Notes under the pieces: generated by a model
What the model was told of the DNA's origin: nothing
Seen by the model: only the letters and a program-made list of their open reading frames with translations
The model's database searches: none
Translations under genes and position numbers: made by a program
Shown here: positions 63,833 to 64,000 of the stretch, one piece after another
How the letters are laid out: every line of letters starts with the position of its first letter
Position numbering within the stretch: the first letter of the stretch is position 1
DNA from: Desulfobacteraceae bacterium
GTDB taxonomy: Bacteria > Desulfobacterota > Desulfobacteria > Desulfobacterales > Desulfosarcinaceae
DNA length: 64,000 nt
NCBI GenBank assembly: GCA_050291625.1
Contig: JBNKKC010000127.1
Location: forward strand, 4,470 to 68,469
Reading direction: 5' to 3'

Positions 63833-64000
63833 CTATTTTGCCAGATCGGGTTCGCCACAATACGTCAGGATCTCCGCGCGAACCGCATCGCGCAGCGCCA
63901 CCGCGGCATCCCAATCTTCCCCCTGCGGTGCGATGGGCCGGCAGACGCGGACCGTGACAATGGTGCGCCGTGGAAACCAGGTATCCTCTCTCAGCAGGGA
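63833..64000 (-). CDS. 3' end of a gene running off the window, possibly a lysophospholipid acyltransferase (PlsC-like) C-terminus
   Basis: The open minus-strand frame reads ...SLLREDTWFPRRTIVTVRVCRPIAPQGEDWDAAVALRDAVRAEILTYCGEPDLAK-stop. This ending style is common in PlsC-family proteins, but only 55 aa are visible. Confidence 0.35.
   Translation of the reverse strand, partial: SLLREDTWFPRRTIVTVRVCRPIAPQGEDWDAAVALRDAVRAEILTYCGEPDLAK

Noticed and set aside
63445-63914. The 137-aa and 122-aa minus-strand ORFs with internally repeated peptides
   Set aside because: The repeated peptide segments are simply translations of family C DNA repeats (copies 2 and 3). No start context is present, and both frames are open because of repeat composition.
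1-64000. Autonomous mobile elements, prophage, integron or plasmid functions associated with the repeat families
   Set aside because: No integrase, transposase, recombinase, relaxase or phage structural gene is recognisable anywhere in the window. The repeat families are therefore treated as non-autonomous, REP/ERIC/MITE-like elements.

Overview
This 64-kb chromosomal window is about 57% GC by eye. Its gene content resembles an anaerobic Desulfobacterota-type (sulfate-reducer-like) genome; that assignment is inference from gene content only. There are no rRNA or tRNA genes, CRISPR arrays, integrases or transposases.

Recognisable content, in order:
- livKHMGF branched-chain amino-acid ABC transporter.
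- A six-gene, translationally coupled exopolysaccharide operon on the minus strand (GT2 synthase plus a YaiO-type outer-membrane barrel), with a divergent wecB.
- ihfB-like and lpxR-like genes.
- A TPP-riboswitch-controlled thiS-thiG-thiH-(insert)-thiE cluster.
- A QueG/RdhA-like Fe-S protein, a cupin, and a B12/radical-SAM protein.
- A cNMP-binding/PilZ protein.
- arsR-arsM plus a second methyltransferase.
- An RND pump with its adaptor.
- An AT-richer orphan island.
- tatD.
- A poly-3-hydroxybutyrate (PHB) or 3-hydroxybutyrate utilisation-like set: CoA-transferase, SDR, PHB-depolymerase-family esterase and tesB.
- pstSCAB.
- A bacterial CLCA-like metalloprotease-VWA-FN3 surface protein with a paralogous partner.
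- A rhodanese/MauE pair.
- A tight hybrid-kinase / DUF885 / ATP-grasp / methyltransferase operon.
- Response regulators, including a GGDEF protein behind a sigma-54-like promoter.
- A GlxA/AraC regulator, a REC-REC-PPDK_N protein and an ACT-domain protein.

The most interesting non-standard signals are:
- Three unrelated families of small hairpin-forming repeat elements. One shows compensatory arm substitutions.
- A 371-bp insert in the thi operon, bracketed by heptamer arrays.
- A 143-nt near-perfect extended hairpin in the orphan island.
- A YdbS-like TM/PH module fused to the RND pump.
- The GT2-YaiO exopolysaccharide architecture.
- The CLCA-like locus.
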